From: a virus
IMG/VR virus record: IMGVR_UViG_3300017766_005465
Coordinates: 1-64,000 of that record
DNA: 64,000 nt
Direction: 5' to 3' (one strand)
Shown here: positions 17,725 through 28,445 of the stretch, piece after piece
How the letters are laid out: the number at the start of each line of letters is the position of its first letter
Numbering within the stretch: the stretch's first letter is position 1
Program-made: the position numbers and the translations under genes
Notes under the pieces: generated by a model
The model's input: the letters and a program-made list of their open reading frames with translations, nothing else
Databases searched by the model: none
Told to the model about the DNA's origin: nothing

Positions 17725-20700
17725 TCAGACCTTGGCGACCACTATCATACCATGAGCTGGGTGCTCGTTGAGAAGATTACTGCCAGCTTGCTTGTAGAGG
17801 TAGTAGATCTCGTTCAGACCACTGCCCAGACTTTGAGCCCACTGACTACCCGATGTCTGGTTAAATCCGGAGCTTTCTCCGTAGAACGCGTCGGCCGGTG
17901 GACCTGCGGTTGAGTTAATACCTGGGGCTACGTAAGCGACGGTTTCGAAATCTCCGCTAGTAGACGGATTACTATAGACGTCTAAGAACGCCATAACGAG
18001 GGTGTTACCTGCTTGCACAAAACTGACTCTTGGAGCAGCAGCAAAACCCGGAGGAACCGCCCAGTTCGTTGAAGGAGAGTTCCAACCAGCCCCATCGGCA
18101 AAGAAATAGACGGCTCGTGCGTCGTAAGAGTTGTAAAGATTGGCGAGGTATATCTTGGGAAAATCGCCGGAACCAGTGCCGTACACCCCGCCCAGGGAGA
18201 TCTGACTCTGCCCCGACGCCGTGGTGCGAAGAACTCCCACGAATCTCTTTCTAACATCCCCTAGCTTGTGCTGGATACCGTCCTTTTTCCCCCTGCCAGG
18301 AGGGGTTAGGGCGGTGGGCCACGCCGAGAAGTCCATGGCCAGCACGGGCTGGCTTATAGTCCCCGAGTTCCACAGGTACACGTCGTAGACCGTATTGGCG
18401 CCGAGTCCCGCTAACGGGAACCCCGGTACCGTGTCAGCATTGAACTTGAGAACGTACCATCTCGGGTATGTTCCAGCGGGCTCATACAGAGCGATCTCGT
18501 TACCATTCCACGGATGGACGAAGATGCTCGTGCCGCTCTGATCCGAGTCGGGGACGGGGGATGTAGGGCTGAGACTCAGTCTCAGGTTCACAACGTTCTT
18601 GACGGAGTCTCCCAGGGCCTGGACCAGCGTCGCTGGCGTTACCGCGAGCGTGGCTGAGGCGAATTCCCGTACCTCCTCGGCCGTGGCGATCTCGATTATA
18701 CCTTGCTGGGTGCTGGAGGCCACCTTGGCCGATACCAGGAACTTGGTTACGTCGTCCGTCGGGTCTAGCGGGTCACCATCTTCCGGGTTCTGGACTACGG
18801 ACTGAACCTCTATTCCGGTACCCGCGACGACGGCATTGTCGAATCTTACGTTTAGTTCTCTAGAGAGGTCAGCGGCCGTTACCACGGCCTTGGCGGCTAC
18901 GCCCTGGCTATTGGTGGAACCCCTGGAGCCTCTGATAACAGACTCATCAGCCAACTGCACTAGTCCGGCTTTCTCCGTGCTAGCGTACACCTCGGGGAGG
19001 GGACTCTGGTTAGCGGTTATGGGACCGGAGGTCGTGTTAAATGTGGTGGAGGGGCCAAAGTAGATAGCGGTGTCGTTGCCGAAGAACATCGTAGCACCGT
19101 CTGTTAGCGCTAGGCTCTCCTTCACGAGCACATTATTCAGGATCTGGTTGGTAACGGTTCCGGGCTCGTTATCCGCCTCCAGAGGGATAGCGAACTGCTC
19201 GCCGGTTCTCAGATCGAAGACGGTGGTACCGATGTAGAAACTACCCTCCTCGTTCATTCCGGTGGCGTAAACCTTACCACCCATGTCCTCTACGATGATC
19301 TTGCCGAGGGCAAAGTCCTGCTCCAGGGGATCTCCCTGGAAGGTTGGGAAGGCTGTGTCGTAGTTCAGGTACCCAGTCCACTCCCACGTGTGGCCTGAGG
19401 CCCTGATCACGGACGGTCTGCGAAGACCAATCGGGATGCCGGAGACGGAGGAGCTCGAGCGTACCTTGAGTACTATCGGGTTGACGTTAGGCTCCAAGGA
19501 CGTGGAAAGGTGCACTCCGGGCCTATTGGCAAACTCCGCCGCGGCTACACGGGTGAAGGAGTCCAGAGGGTCGGAGGTCAGTTCGGGTTCGTCGAAGTCC
19601 AGTGAGGGGTAGATCTCACCGGCCGCAACTCTGCGAGCCTGCGAGGCCTGAGTCATGTAGCAGACAAATCTGCCATCGGACTCACCCTTACTCAGCCTTC
19701 TTGCTTTGTAAGCTTCGGGATCGAATACCTCGTCGTAGTCGCGGATCTGAGAGATCGTCAGGGGATCCTCGGAGAGGGTGGAGGAACCGTTAAGTGGGTA
19801 ACCACTCACACCGAGTTGCTTCTCAAGGATGTAGAAGTTCTGCGGTCTTCTCAGACCGTTGCTCTTGACAAACCCTTCCAGAACCACGCGGTATACGCGA
19901 TCATCGGCTCTTCTTCTATCCACGCCTCTCACTATGGTCAGAGGGGACTTCTTGTAGACGTAGTCCTGACTGGCGAGGAAAGTCTCGGTGGTGTTAGGCG
20001 AGGTTAGGATCTTGTACTTGAAGGCAAAGTCCACCCTCTTGAGCAGGTAACCGTCACCGTCGGTGTCCGTGGCCTCCTCGACAACGTTAGCTGTAGTGAC
20101 CTCAACGTACCAGCACGATCTCTGCTGATCCCACACGAAGATCTTGGAGGAGTCATTCAGTACAGAGAAGCCCGGTGAGGTTGTAGCTGTTACCAGTTTG
20201 ATGTCACCAGCGTACAGGACGGAGTTGCCATCTGAGTCGAAGCCTTTGAAGTAGATTCTCTTTCTGTTGGCTCTGGCCGCTCCGCCAGAGAGCATGTACG
20301 TCCCGTCCGATTTCTTCCTTGTGTAGGTGAACTGACCGGATCCCATAGAGGAGGCGGTCGGAACGGAACCGGTGGCTCCAAACGGGGCCTTCGAGTTGGA
20401 GTTATTGAAGTAGATCCTGATTACACTAGGACCGACTCCGTCGGAGGAGTTCGATACGTACCACTGCTTGGTCTTGTCGTAGTCGAATACCAGGCCGGTG
20501 TTGATCTCCGTGTCCACGAGAGTGGGCGATTCCCCGCTCAGTAGTGGAGTATAGGATAGCGGTTTGGGCGCGATGATCTCGGAGATCCTGGTCCCACCGT
20601 AGTTGCCCGAAGATACGCCCTCGTCCTGGCTGAATGACTTGGTCTTGTAACCTATGGATCTTAGCGATACGTCACCAAAGTCCGAGCAGGAGTTAGTGAT

Positions 20701-23364
20701 CGATAGATCGGCGCCGCCGATAGACACGAAGTGATCCGCGTTACCGATAACAAAGCAACTAACGATCTGGATGGTGGCGTTATTACTACCTCTGAAGCCA
20801 AAGTGGCGGTACTTAAGTGGGTCGGCTGGGCAGGGCTTGTACTGCTTGCCTGTTCCCTGATCCTTGTTTGTCGGAGGGTCCAGGTAGTAGGATTCCTCGG
20901 TGAAGCAAGTAGGGTCGGTCTGCAGTGACACCTGGGTGAAGTTAGCCGTCACCATCGACTTGAATCCTGCGACCAGGGCCCCGTCGGCGTGGAGACCGTT
21001 GAGACCGAAGATGGATCTCACGGAGCAGTTGAATATGTACGGAGACGACGATCTTGTGGAGTTGATGTCCGGGAGATCGAAGATTTTCTGGTCGCTGGAG
21101 GACTGATTTCTGATCCTTGTGGCTCCTGGGTAGGCCACCGGAGCGTTGGTGCGCGAGTCGCCTCCAGGGATACCGGTCTGGTTCTCCTCGGAGTCGGTCT
21201 GCCTCAGGTTCTTGGAGTCGTAGATCGGTGCTACGATAGTAGTCTCCGCCTGTATAGCCTCAAGACCCTCCGCTCCCCAGTTATCGTACTGACCAAAGAG
21301 ACTGTTAATCTTCGAGTAATAGGAGGTCTCCGACGATGTTCCGAACATCTCGGCCTGGGACGCGAATCCGACCGACTCCACGGTATTGTGGCTTCTGGAG
21401 ATCTGAGGGTTGTCGGTGAAGGTGATCAGGGAGATGTAGCTACCACCCGTAACCTTAAAGATCCCCGTCTTCTCCCTCTGCGGTTCGCTCTGCACCGGGT
21501 TGAGTTCGGGCACGTACATCGGGCGAACGCGCACCTTACGCAGGTCGACACCGTTGATGGAAACACCGCGGGGTACGATCAGACCACCGCCGGTCGGGTT
21601 TATGAGCGACAGTCCGTCGTAGTAGAGTTGGTCGTTCTGGGAGAAGTTACCGCGAACGTACTCGAGCGTGATCTTCCAGATCGAGGAGTTGAGACTCTCC
21701 TTCTCCACCTTGGCGATATTACCGACGCCACCGCTCTGGGAGTACAGGATCCTTCCGAGGTTGAAGACCCTGGGAGGTTGGCTCTGGGACGGACTGAGTG
21801 AATCTACCTGGATGACTGTGGCCCGGTCGAGCTTCTCTACGTTCAGGATGTCGAAGCCCGATGGGACACGCTGGATGAGGCCTTCGGCCGCGGTCAGGCC
21901 GGGAATGCTTCCGGATCCCGGGCTGTTGTCCACGTAGTAGTCGCCTGGAGCCAACTCGATAACAACTTTGTCGTAGCGGTCGTTGTACTGACCGGCTCTG
22001 CGGCTCTCCCGCACGGCCTCGATGATAGCCCGTTCGATGGAACGGAACGGAACGCTGTTGTCGAATCCGTTATTAGAGATGGAATCGTCGCCGGTAGCCG
22101 GGTCGACGTAGATGATATTCTTTACGGTCGGGTCAGCCGAGCGCCCCAGTCTATTGCAACGTGGAGCGTCCTGTACCTTGATGAGTCCGCCCTGACCGTC
22201 GGCGTACACCGCCACGCTCGAGTAGAATTCCTTGTAGCACTTGGAGGTGGAGGGTTCGTAACGGTAGACCCCGTCCGGTGCGTTGGGGTATACGGGAGGG
22301 ATGATCTGCCCGTCCACGCACTCACTGGGCAGTCTCTGGCCGATGAACTCACGCCCACCGCAGCTCAGGAAGCTTCCCAGTATGGGTGTGCACTCACCAC
22401 CCGGGGTCTCCTCAAACTTCCACTCCATGGTGGCAGCGTGGTAGAAGAGGTCGACGTGAGCGTCACGGATATTGATGATCCAGTCATCGACGGAGTTGGA
22501 GATCTTGGTTCCGTCACCGGGCCTGATGACCACGGGGAATCTGTCGAAAGTCCCGGAGATGTCGACGATGGCGATCCGGTCGGAGTCAGTGGGGGATTCC
22601 GGTAGGGATACGATGAGAGAGCCATTGGAGGTGTCGACAATCACTCTCTCCCAGCTCTGGGCAACGAGAGAGTCCCTCTTGATCTCGGTGTTGCGGAGGA
22701 TGCGTGGGTAGGTGTTCAGGTTGCCAACGTAGAGGCCCGGGCGAAGGTCAACGTACCCGGCCCCTACAACACTACCGTCCTCGTTCGTAGCTAGGGACGT
22801 TCCGTCGGCGTTGAGAGTGATCTTAGCAAGGGGGACGTGGGGGCGTGACGCCGAGGGCAGGGAGGATCCGATGGTCAGTCCCACCTCAGCGAGGGCGGTG
22901 ATGTCCCCCCTTGCGCTCTCCTCGTCGAGGTAGATATAGTTTACTTCCTGGCCGCTGAGCAGTTGCACGAACTGCGTACCCCAGGAGACGGGGAGGCCAT
23001 CGGTGAGGATGACACTGCCAGCCTCGACCCACACGCCGTACACACCGCTTCCGGCGCTCGTCTCCACGAGAGCGGGTGGGCCCCATACCTTCTCGAGTGT
23101 GGTAGGGTCGTAGGAGTTGAGAACGATACCGTCGTGAGCTAGACGACCGACGGAGGTCTCGTTGTCCTTACGTGGATCGGCGATCTCCCAGTCCTTAAGA
23201 CGATCGCGCTGGCCGATCTTCCAACCGCTGTGCTCGCCCTCCGTCGGCTCCGAGTAGTAGTCGTCACGGTCCGTCGTGGCGGAGAAACTCGTCCCCTTCT
23301 GCACCTCGTTGAGATATTCTTCTGTTACGATCGATCCGTTTTGGAACTGAATCTTGTCTAGCAT
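17725..23364 (-). CDS. Large tail fibre / virion structural protein
   Basis: 1879 aa. YVDPATGDD...PFRSIERA beta-helix entry motif and gp34-like repeats (ASTEKAGLVQLA, ASSTQQGIIEIAT). Confidence 0.75.
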   Translation of the reverse strand: MLDKIQFQNGSIVTEEYLNEVQKGTSFSATTDRDDYYSEPTEGEHSGWKIGQRDRLKDWEIADPRKDNETSVGRLAHDGIVLNSYDPTTLEKVWGPPALVETSAGSGVYGVWVEAGSVILTDGLPVSWGTQFVQLLSGQEVNYIYLDEESARGDITALAEVGLTIGSSLPSASRPHVPLAKITLNADGTSLATNEDGSVVGAGYVDLRPGLYVGNLNTYPRILRNTEIKRDSLVAQSWERVIVDTSNGSLIVSLPESPTDSDRIAIVDISGTFDRFPVVIRPGDGTKISNSVDDWIINIRDAHVDLFYHAATMEWKFEETPGGECTPILGSFLSCGGREFIGQRLPSECVDGQIIPPVYPNAPDGVYRYEPSTSKCYKEFYSSVAVYADGQGGLIKVQDAPRCNRLGRSADPTVKNIIYVDPATGDDSISNNGFDNSVPFRSIERAIIEAVRESRRAGQYNDRYDKVVIELAPGDYYVDNSPGSGSIPGLTAAEGLIQRVPSGFDILNVEKLDRATVIQVDSLSPSQSQPPRVFNLGRILYSQSGGVGNIAKVEKESLNSSIWKITLEYVRGNFSQNDQLYYDGLSLINPTGGGLIVPRGVSINGVDLRKVRVRPMYVPELNPVQSEPQREKTGIFKVTGGSYISLITFTDNPQISRSHNTVESVGFASQAEMFGTSSETSYYSKINSLFGQYDNWGAEGLEAIQAETTIVAPIYDSKNLRQTDSEENQTGIPGGDSRTNAPVAYPGATRIRNQSSSDQKIFDLPDINSTRSSSPYIFNCSVRSIFGLNGLHADGALVAGFKSMVTANFTQVSLQTDPTCFTEESYYLDPPTNKDQGTGKQYKPCPADPLKYRHFGFRGSNNATIQIVSCFVIGNADHFVSIGGADLSITNSCSDFGDVSLRSIGYKTKSFSQDEGVSSGNYGGTRISEIIAPKPLSYTPLLSGESPTLVDTEINTGLVFDYDKTKQWYVSNSSDGVGPSVIRIYFNNSNSKAPFGATGSVPTASSMGSGQFTYTRKKSDGTYMLSGGAARANRKRIYFKGFDSDGNSVLYAGDIKLVTATTSPGFSVLNDSSKIFVWDQQRSCWYVEVTTANVVEEATDTDGDGYLLKRVDFAFKYKILTSPNTTETFLASQDYVYKKSPLTIVRGVDRRRADDRVYRVVLEGFVKSNGLRRPQNFYILEKQLGVSGYPLNGSSTLSEDPLTISQIRDYDEVFDPEAYKARRLSKGESDGRFVCYMTQASQARRVAAGEIYPSLDFDEPELTSDPLDSFTRVAAAEFANRPGVHLSTSLEPNVNPIVLKVRSSSSVSGIPIGLRRPSVIRASGHTWEWTGYLNYDTAFPTFQGDPLEQDFALGKIIVEDMGGKVYATGMNEEGSFYIGTTVFDLRTGEQFAIPLEADNEPGTVTNQILNNVLVKESLALTDGATMFFGNDTAIYFGPSTTFNTTSGPITANQSPLPEVYASTEKAGLVQLADESVIRGSRGSTNSQGVAAKAVVTAADLSRELNVRFDNAVVAGTGIEVQSVVQNPEDGDPLDPTDDVTKFLVSAKVASSTQQGIIEIATAEEVREFASATLAVTPATLVQALGDSVKNVVNLRLSLSPTSPVPDSDQSGTSIFVHPWNGNEIALYEPAGTYPRWYVLKFNADTVPGFPLAGLGANTVYDVYLWNSGTISQPVLAMDFSAWPTALTPPGRGKKDGIQHKLGDVRKRFVGVLRTTASGQSQISLGGVYGTGSGDFPKIYLANLYNSYDARAVYFFADGAGWNSPSTNWAVPPGFAAAPRVSFVQAGNTLVMAFLDVYSNPSTSGDFETVAYVAPGINSTAGPPADAFYGESSGFNQTSGSQWAQSLGSGLNEIYYLYKQAGSNLLNEHPAHGMIVVAKV

Positions 23365-23375
23365 GGTGGGAAACT

Positions 23376-23939
23376 TTATTCTTGAGGGGTTGAGATTGAA
23401 CTAACCCAGAGTAGTCTTCCGATCCACTCCGTACTGGGGCCGAAGGAACTGAGCTCTATAAGTATCCTTCTTCCTTGGGCTTTATAGAAATCAACGGGGT
23501 TGGTGGCGGTAAAATCCAGCTGGTCGTAAGCCCCTCCCCACGTAATAACGGACGTTCCAAACTTCCACGACGACTCCACTCCCCAGTTCACCGGGTAGTC
23601 GAAGTAAGTCTGGAAGTTCTCGAGCGGGATCTGAGTGAATCTCAGGAGGATACGATGGCTTCTGTGGAACCCCACCGGTATATCGAGCGGATTCGTGTTA
23701 GCCACGGGTAGGTTGTCCGCGGATGTAATATCCACGTCAAGGTAGTTGGATGTGAGAAGAGGACCCATCGGGTGGTTCTTCACAGCCCCACCTAACTCCA
23801 CCGGGGTACCTATGGAATCCCCAGACCAGATTCTTCCGTCAGCAACGTTGATGGCGATCTCTCCCTCGTCCAGGTCGCCGATAAACGGCTCTTCTCCCGG
23901 AAGCGAGGTGGTGATCTGCTGGTGCGTTGCTTCAGCCAT
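23376..23939 (-). CDS. Tail-fibre-associated structural protein
   Basis: LDEGEIAINVADGRIW motif typical of fibre N-terminal modules. Co-transcribed with the 1879 aa gene. Confidence 0.55.
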   Translation of the reverse strand: MAEATHQQITTSLPGEEPFIGDLDEGEIAINVADGRIWSGDSIGTPVELGGAVKNHPMGPLLTSNYLDVDITSADNLPVANTNPLDIPVGFHRSHRILLRFTQIPLENFQTYFDYPVNWGVESSWKFGTSVITWGGAYDQLDFTATNPVDFYKAQGRRILIELSSFGPSTEWIGRLLWVSSISTPQE

Positions 23940-24016
23940 TGACAGCGGGTAATGCGTCTGATAACCTTTAACCTACCCTTCGCGGTTTAAATTATAGTAG
24001 AGAGGGATGTAAAACC

Positions 24017-25039
24017 TTGAAAACTGGATACATCACGGACAATTTTAGCACCCTGGGAGGGCTGGCGTCGGTGGCCTACGGCGACCCGGAGTACTTTCGC
24101 GAGGTGCAGAACCAGGTGTACTCTCAGTCCCCCTCCCGGTTCCTGGACCTGCAGAGACCGTCCGACGTACTCGAGAGTTTCTTCGGCTCGAGAAAGGTCC
24201 TCACCGACCTCATCATGGACGCTCTGGAGACTCAGTACTCTGACAACCCGGAGTTCACCGACTACGTTGATGTAAGGTACGGACCTAACTGGAGGCAGAG
24301 CGTGGCAACCGGGGCGGAAAGATCCTTCTTCGGTAACGTGGACTCGGTGGAGGGTTACGGGCTCTCGCTCTCCGACTACGTAGGGTTCGTGGTGGAGGGT
24401 CTGTTCGGAGCGGGTTCCGTGGCCGATGCGCTCACCTCGGCCGTGTGCGACAGAGTAACGGAGGAGCCTTTGAGAGGCGAGGACGCAAAACTCATGACAA
24501 GGTTGGTGTCCAATAACCCTCAGACGAAACTGTCGGTGCCCCCACTCAACTCCAGAGTGGATCTGGATAATTCGGTGGAGTTGGGGTACGACTACCGCGG
24601 AGTCGACATCCCCACCGGCTATATCACCCCCACCGACTACTGGAACGATGTGGCCTACCCAGGCATGACCGGTTCCGCGATGGAGGATAGTGTGAGAGAC
24701 TCCGTGGTGAATGGTTACACCGGGTACCTGTCATCCACCCCACTGGAGAGTCTGTACAACCCCTCGGGGGCGCTCTCCGTCTCCGACACAGCCGTCAACT
24801 CCCCCTACTCGTCCTCGCTCCTCAGTCAGTTCCCGGACAACCCGCAGGCTGACAGCAACGTCTTCTCCATCTCACTGATAGGGGAGCGGTTAAACGGATT
24901 CACCACCTTCGACCCCGCCACCATGTCAAATGGTGATCTACTGGATACGTCCCAGGTACCCAACTTCGAGGAGGATAACGCGGATCCTCAGGGTGGGCTT
25001 ATACCTTCCGCTCGCAAAGACTTCTCTCCGGCATTCTAA
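24017..25039 (+). CDS. Putative baseplate protein (gpX/LysM-like N terminus)
   Basis: TLGGLASVAYGDPEYFREV N terminus. First gene of the baseplate operon. Confidence 0.45.
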   Translation: MKTGYITDNFSTLGGLASVAYGDPEYFREVQNQVYSQSPSRFLDLQRPSDVLESFFGSRKVLTDLIMDALETQYSDNPEFTDYVDVRYGPNWRQSVATGAERSFFGNVDSVEGYGLSLSDYVGFVVEGLFGAGSVADALTSAVCDRVTEEPLRGEDAKLMTRLVSNNPQTKLSVPPLNSRVDLDNSVELGYDYRGVDIPTGYITPTDYWNDVAYPGMTGSAMEDSVRDSVVNGYTGYLSSTPLESLYNPSGALSVSDTAVNSPYSSSLLSQFPDNPQADSNVFSISLIGERLNGFTTFDPATMSNGDLLDTSQVPNFEEDNADPQGGLIPSARKDFSPAF

Positions 25040-26322
25040 TGGCTAACATCTACGGTCCAATTCTCCCGCTTCAGTTAGATAGTCGTAATACGGAGGCGCT
25101 GGTGCGCGCTCTGCAGTCGAGGATATTCCTGGAGTCGGATGGGAAGCTCAACGACTTCACCCCAGCCTCGCCCCTGTCGGCGATAGTGGAGGGGCAGGCT
25201 TTCGCCCAAGCCGAGCTTCTCTACTACCTCAACAACCTACCCGAGGCGTTCAGTTTGCAGTGGCTGAGGCAGTTGGGGGTGCAGAGGAAGATAGGTAGCA
25301 GGGCCCTGGCCGATGTCACCTTTTACAAAGTCCCCGGTTACCAGAGAGTGCTTATCATCCCGAGCGGGACGAAGCTTATCGCGAGTGGCGGGCAGGTGTT
25401 CGTGACACTCGCGGAAGTCCGCATATCGGAGACGGATAATTCGGTCACGGTGTCCTGCCAGTCGGAGAGGTGGGGATCGGCGTATAACGTCGGGGAGGGA
25501 GATATAAACAAGATCGAGAGGAACTTTGCGGGGTTGGAATTCCTGAGGAACGAATCGCCCGCTGTTGGAGGGACTGATACGGAGTCGGTGGCTGGCATGA
25601 AGTCCAGAGCGTTCGAGGTTCTCAGTAGGAGAAACCTGACCACCTCCCAGGATTTTGAGAACGAGGTGATCACCCTCGTGCCCGAAGCGAGCATAGTGAA
25701 AGCACTAACGTACGAGGAAAGGTACAGACTCACCAGCGCTCTCTCGGGGAACGTTGTGATTTGCGTGGGTGATAGTGATGGTGGGGGACTGAGCGCTTCC
25801 AACCTGGAGTACCTTGTAAGCTCCATGAGGTCCAGGGTGACTATGGGCACGAACATCTCCTTTGTTTCGCCGAACATTGTCCCGATGGACGTGTCCGTGG
25901 AGATCCTCTACGACCCAACTCAGGTGAGCGTTAGCACGGACTACCTGGCTTCGCAGGTACTTGAGACGCTGAGAAACTACATAAATCCCGCGAATATACC
26001 ACTCGGATCGGACCTGAACTACCAGGACATGCTCAAACTCCTCTACGAGTTCGATTTTGTGAGATCGGTCAATAACATGAACGCGAAGCTCATGCTCAGG
26101 GACGAGTCCGTGATTGAGGGATTCTGCGCTGGCTTCTCCGGTGAGGAGACAAGCACTGGATGCAATTACAACTACCTGGATGTGATTAACTTCGACAATC
26201 AGACCCTGCCCTCACCCTCCGCGATAACCTCGTACAAGCTTTACAGGGCGCAGATAGGATTCACCTCTATCAACGACTTCTCCCCGCTGACATTCTACTA
26301 CGATAATCTGTACACCCCATGA
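25039..26322 (+). CDS. Baseplate J-like wedge protein
   Basis: NDFTPASP, IIPSGT, GSAYNV, AVGGTDTES...RA and TSQDFE motifs. Confidence 0.9.
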   Translation: MANIYGPILPLQLDSRNTEALVRALQSRIFLESDGKLNDFTPASPLSAIVEGQAFAQAELLYYLNNLPEAFSLQWLRQLGVQRKIGSRALADVTFYKVPGYQRVLIIPSGTKLIASGGQVFVTLAEVRISETDNSVTVSCQSERWGSAYNVGEGDINKIERNFAGLEFLRNESPAVGGTDTESVAGMKSRAFEVLSRRNLTTSQDFENEVITLVPEASIVKALTYEERYRLTSALSGNVVICVGDSDGGGLSASNLEYLVSSMRSRVTMGTNISFVSPNIVPMDVSVEILYDPTQVSVSTDYLASQVLETLRNYINPANIPLGSDLNYQDMLKLLYEFDFVRSVNNMNAKLMLRDESVIEGFCAGFSGEETSTGCNYNYLDVINFDNQTLPSPSAITSYKLYRAQIGFTSINDFSPLTFYYDNLYTP

Positions 26323-28445
26323 ACTACTCAGCGTGGAACGGTTCGGCCGGTAGGAGACGTAATCCGGCGCTATCTCCAGCCCACCTCATCGTGGACTTCC
26401 CCCGGACGAGGAAGTCGAGGATATTTGCGCACAGGCTCGGGAAGGTGGACTTCTCCGAGAGGAGAGATATAGCCTCGGATAGGCAGAAGGTCATAGACTC
26501 GGAGATAGGAAACGTCTCATCGGAAGGATTCAAGTACAAGAACGTCGGGCACGTGTACACCTCCAGTGAGGTGGTCCCGCGGACCGGGGAGGAGTACTCC
26601 TACGAGATCTACGCTCACGGCCACCCGCTTGGTGGGGATAATGCCGGCATGGAGAGTTGCTCGAGATCGGGCCTTCGATGCAGGGCAGGCGCCGGTACGG
26701 ATTCCGTATGCGACCCGGGTGGTTGCGTTATAGGAACTCTGGAGCGTGTGAATGATAGTAAGTGGAGGTACACTTCCTCGAGTACATATGGCGACGACTC
26801 GCTCCCCATAACCTACTACCTACCCGCGGAGAAATCCGTCGCTCTCAGAACCATAGTTAGAGGCGACCACTACACCTACGGTCCGGAGGGCGAGGTTCGC
26901 ACAGTGAGCGTGACAAGCCCGGCGAGCGTAACGTGCAAAATCTACCTCCCGCCAAAATTCTACTACTCCGACGACTTCATCGACTCGGAGATAGATCGGA
27001 CCGACTCCAGGTTGGTGGATGTTGCCCGAAAACCAACAACGGACCTCGTGGGCGTGGAGAGCAGAAAGCCCAGATTCGTGCAGAGGATCCTGGCCTCGGC
27101 GTACCCCGGAGTCTCCGAGGGTTTCCTCAACAACCACCTACAGTCCCCCGCCTCCGAGGAGATCCGGGACGCCCTTGTGGGTGCTTTCGAGGGGCTCGAG
27201 GTCGAGTGGTCGAGTAGGTGTAACCAGATCGTGGAGGAGGAGTTCGGAGGCGGTTGGAGCGGGTTGGAGTTCGTCTCGGTGGTGTTTGACCGGGTCAAGA
27301 CACTGCTGGGGAGTGTGATCCAGGTCACGGGGAGTTCGCTCTCCGCCCCCAGAATCTCCTACGGCAGAGACAGTATATCCAGGCCCGTCTACTCACGTCT
27401 CCCAGGGCTCGCGGAAGCGTACCTCAAGTGGTCTGTTGAGGAGGGAGAGGACGAGCCGGCTCGGTGGTTGACCAGCGGCGCGGACGAGTTCCTATCCTCC
27501 AAGAAAGAAGAGGTGGCGGCGTTCTACTCCGATTACCTCGATCCCGACACGTGCAGTCCGGGCCTACTCGATTGGCTGGCCCAGCACGTAGGACTTTTTG
27601 GGGAACTGTGGAATCCCAACTGGGATAATAAGGTCAAGAGAGCGCTCATCAAGAACTCCTTTGGTTGGTGGGATAGGGAGGTCAGCGAGACCTTCCCCAC
27701 TCTGGGCGAGGTACTGACCATGAAGGGTGGGGCGCTGGAGCACCTTCCTTTCACAAACCCTGAGTGGAACGGAACCACGGACAATCTACTGGGCATAAAA
27801 CTGGACGAGATCGAGACTATAGACCTTCTCAGGGATCCAGGGTCGGGTCAGATAACCCGCATCGAGCCACTCAGCCTGCTGAAGGTAAAAACGTACTCCG
27901 ACACCGACGAGAAGGTATCTCTAACGCCTACGGACCAGGTGACAGTGGACAAGTCCCTCTGGAACGGACTGATGGAAGCCAAGGGAAGCCTGCTTGGTGC
28001 GGTGTTTCTTAGTTCGCTTTTCGGGTTAAAGTCTCACTCCTCCAAGGAGCTCGAGGTAGTGGACGCTGAAAGAAAGCTACTGAGGCCTAGGACCGGACTC
28101 AGATCCGCGGAGATAGACGCTCCGGTACTCCTCCCGTACAAGAGCGAGGTGTTGCAGGTGGGGAACCTCGTTGACGCCAGCGTTGGCAACTACACCAACC
28201 AACTCGTGGCGGGAGTGAGCAGAGTCAGTAGCGTTGAGGATAGCAAAAACGTATTCTTCAGAGTACCCTACTACTACAATAGGGACGGGAAGTCGTGGGA
28301 CGCGGTGACGTACATAGCCCAAAACTGGATGCCATCTAACCTGAACGTTCGGGTGCAGTACGCGTACCTGTCCGCCGGCCTGTGGAAGGTTGGGGACGCG
28401 TTCTTCGAGCCCGATGTCAACGTAAGCGATCTGCAGGCAGGGTAA
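26319..28445 (+). CDS. Baseplate wedge / tail protein (P2 gpI-like domain)
   Basis: YLDPDTC...LLDWLAQHVG...W...KRALI motif. Follows baseplate J. Confidence 0.75.
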   Translation: MNYSAWNGSAGRRRNPALSPAHLIVDFPRTRKSRIFAHRLGKVDFSERRDIASDRQKVIDSEIGNVSSEGFKYKNVGHVYTSSEVVPRTGEEYSYEIYAHGHPLGGDNAGMESCSRSGLRCRAGAGTDSVCDPGGCVIGTLERVNDSKWRYTSSSTYGDDSLPITYYLPAEKSVALRTIVRGDHYTYGPEGEVRTVSVTSPASVTCKIYLPPKFYYSDDFIDSEIDRTDSRLVDVARKPTTDLVGVESRKPRFVQRILASAYPGVSEGFLNNHLQSPASEEIRDALVGAFEGLEVEWSSRCNQIVEEEFGGGWSGLEFVSVVFDRVKTLLGSVIQVTGSSLSAPRISYGRDSISRPVYSRLPGLAEAYLKWSVEEGEDEPARWLTSGADEFLSSKKEEVAAFYSDYLDPDTCSPGLLDWLAQHVGLFGELWNPNWDNKVKRALIKNSFGWWDREVSETFPTLGEVLTMKGGALEHLPFTNPEWNGTTDNLLGIKLDEIETIDLLRDPGSGQITRIEPLSLLKVKTYSDTDEKVSLTPTDQVTVDKSLWNGLMEAKGSLLGAVFLSSLFGLKSHSSKELEVVDAERKLLRPRTGLRSAEIDAPVLLPYKSEVLQVGNLVDASVGNYTNQLVAGVSRVSSVEDSKNVFFRVPYYYNRDGKSWDAVTYIAQNWMPSNLNVRVQYAYLSAGLWKVGDAFFEPDVNVSDLQAG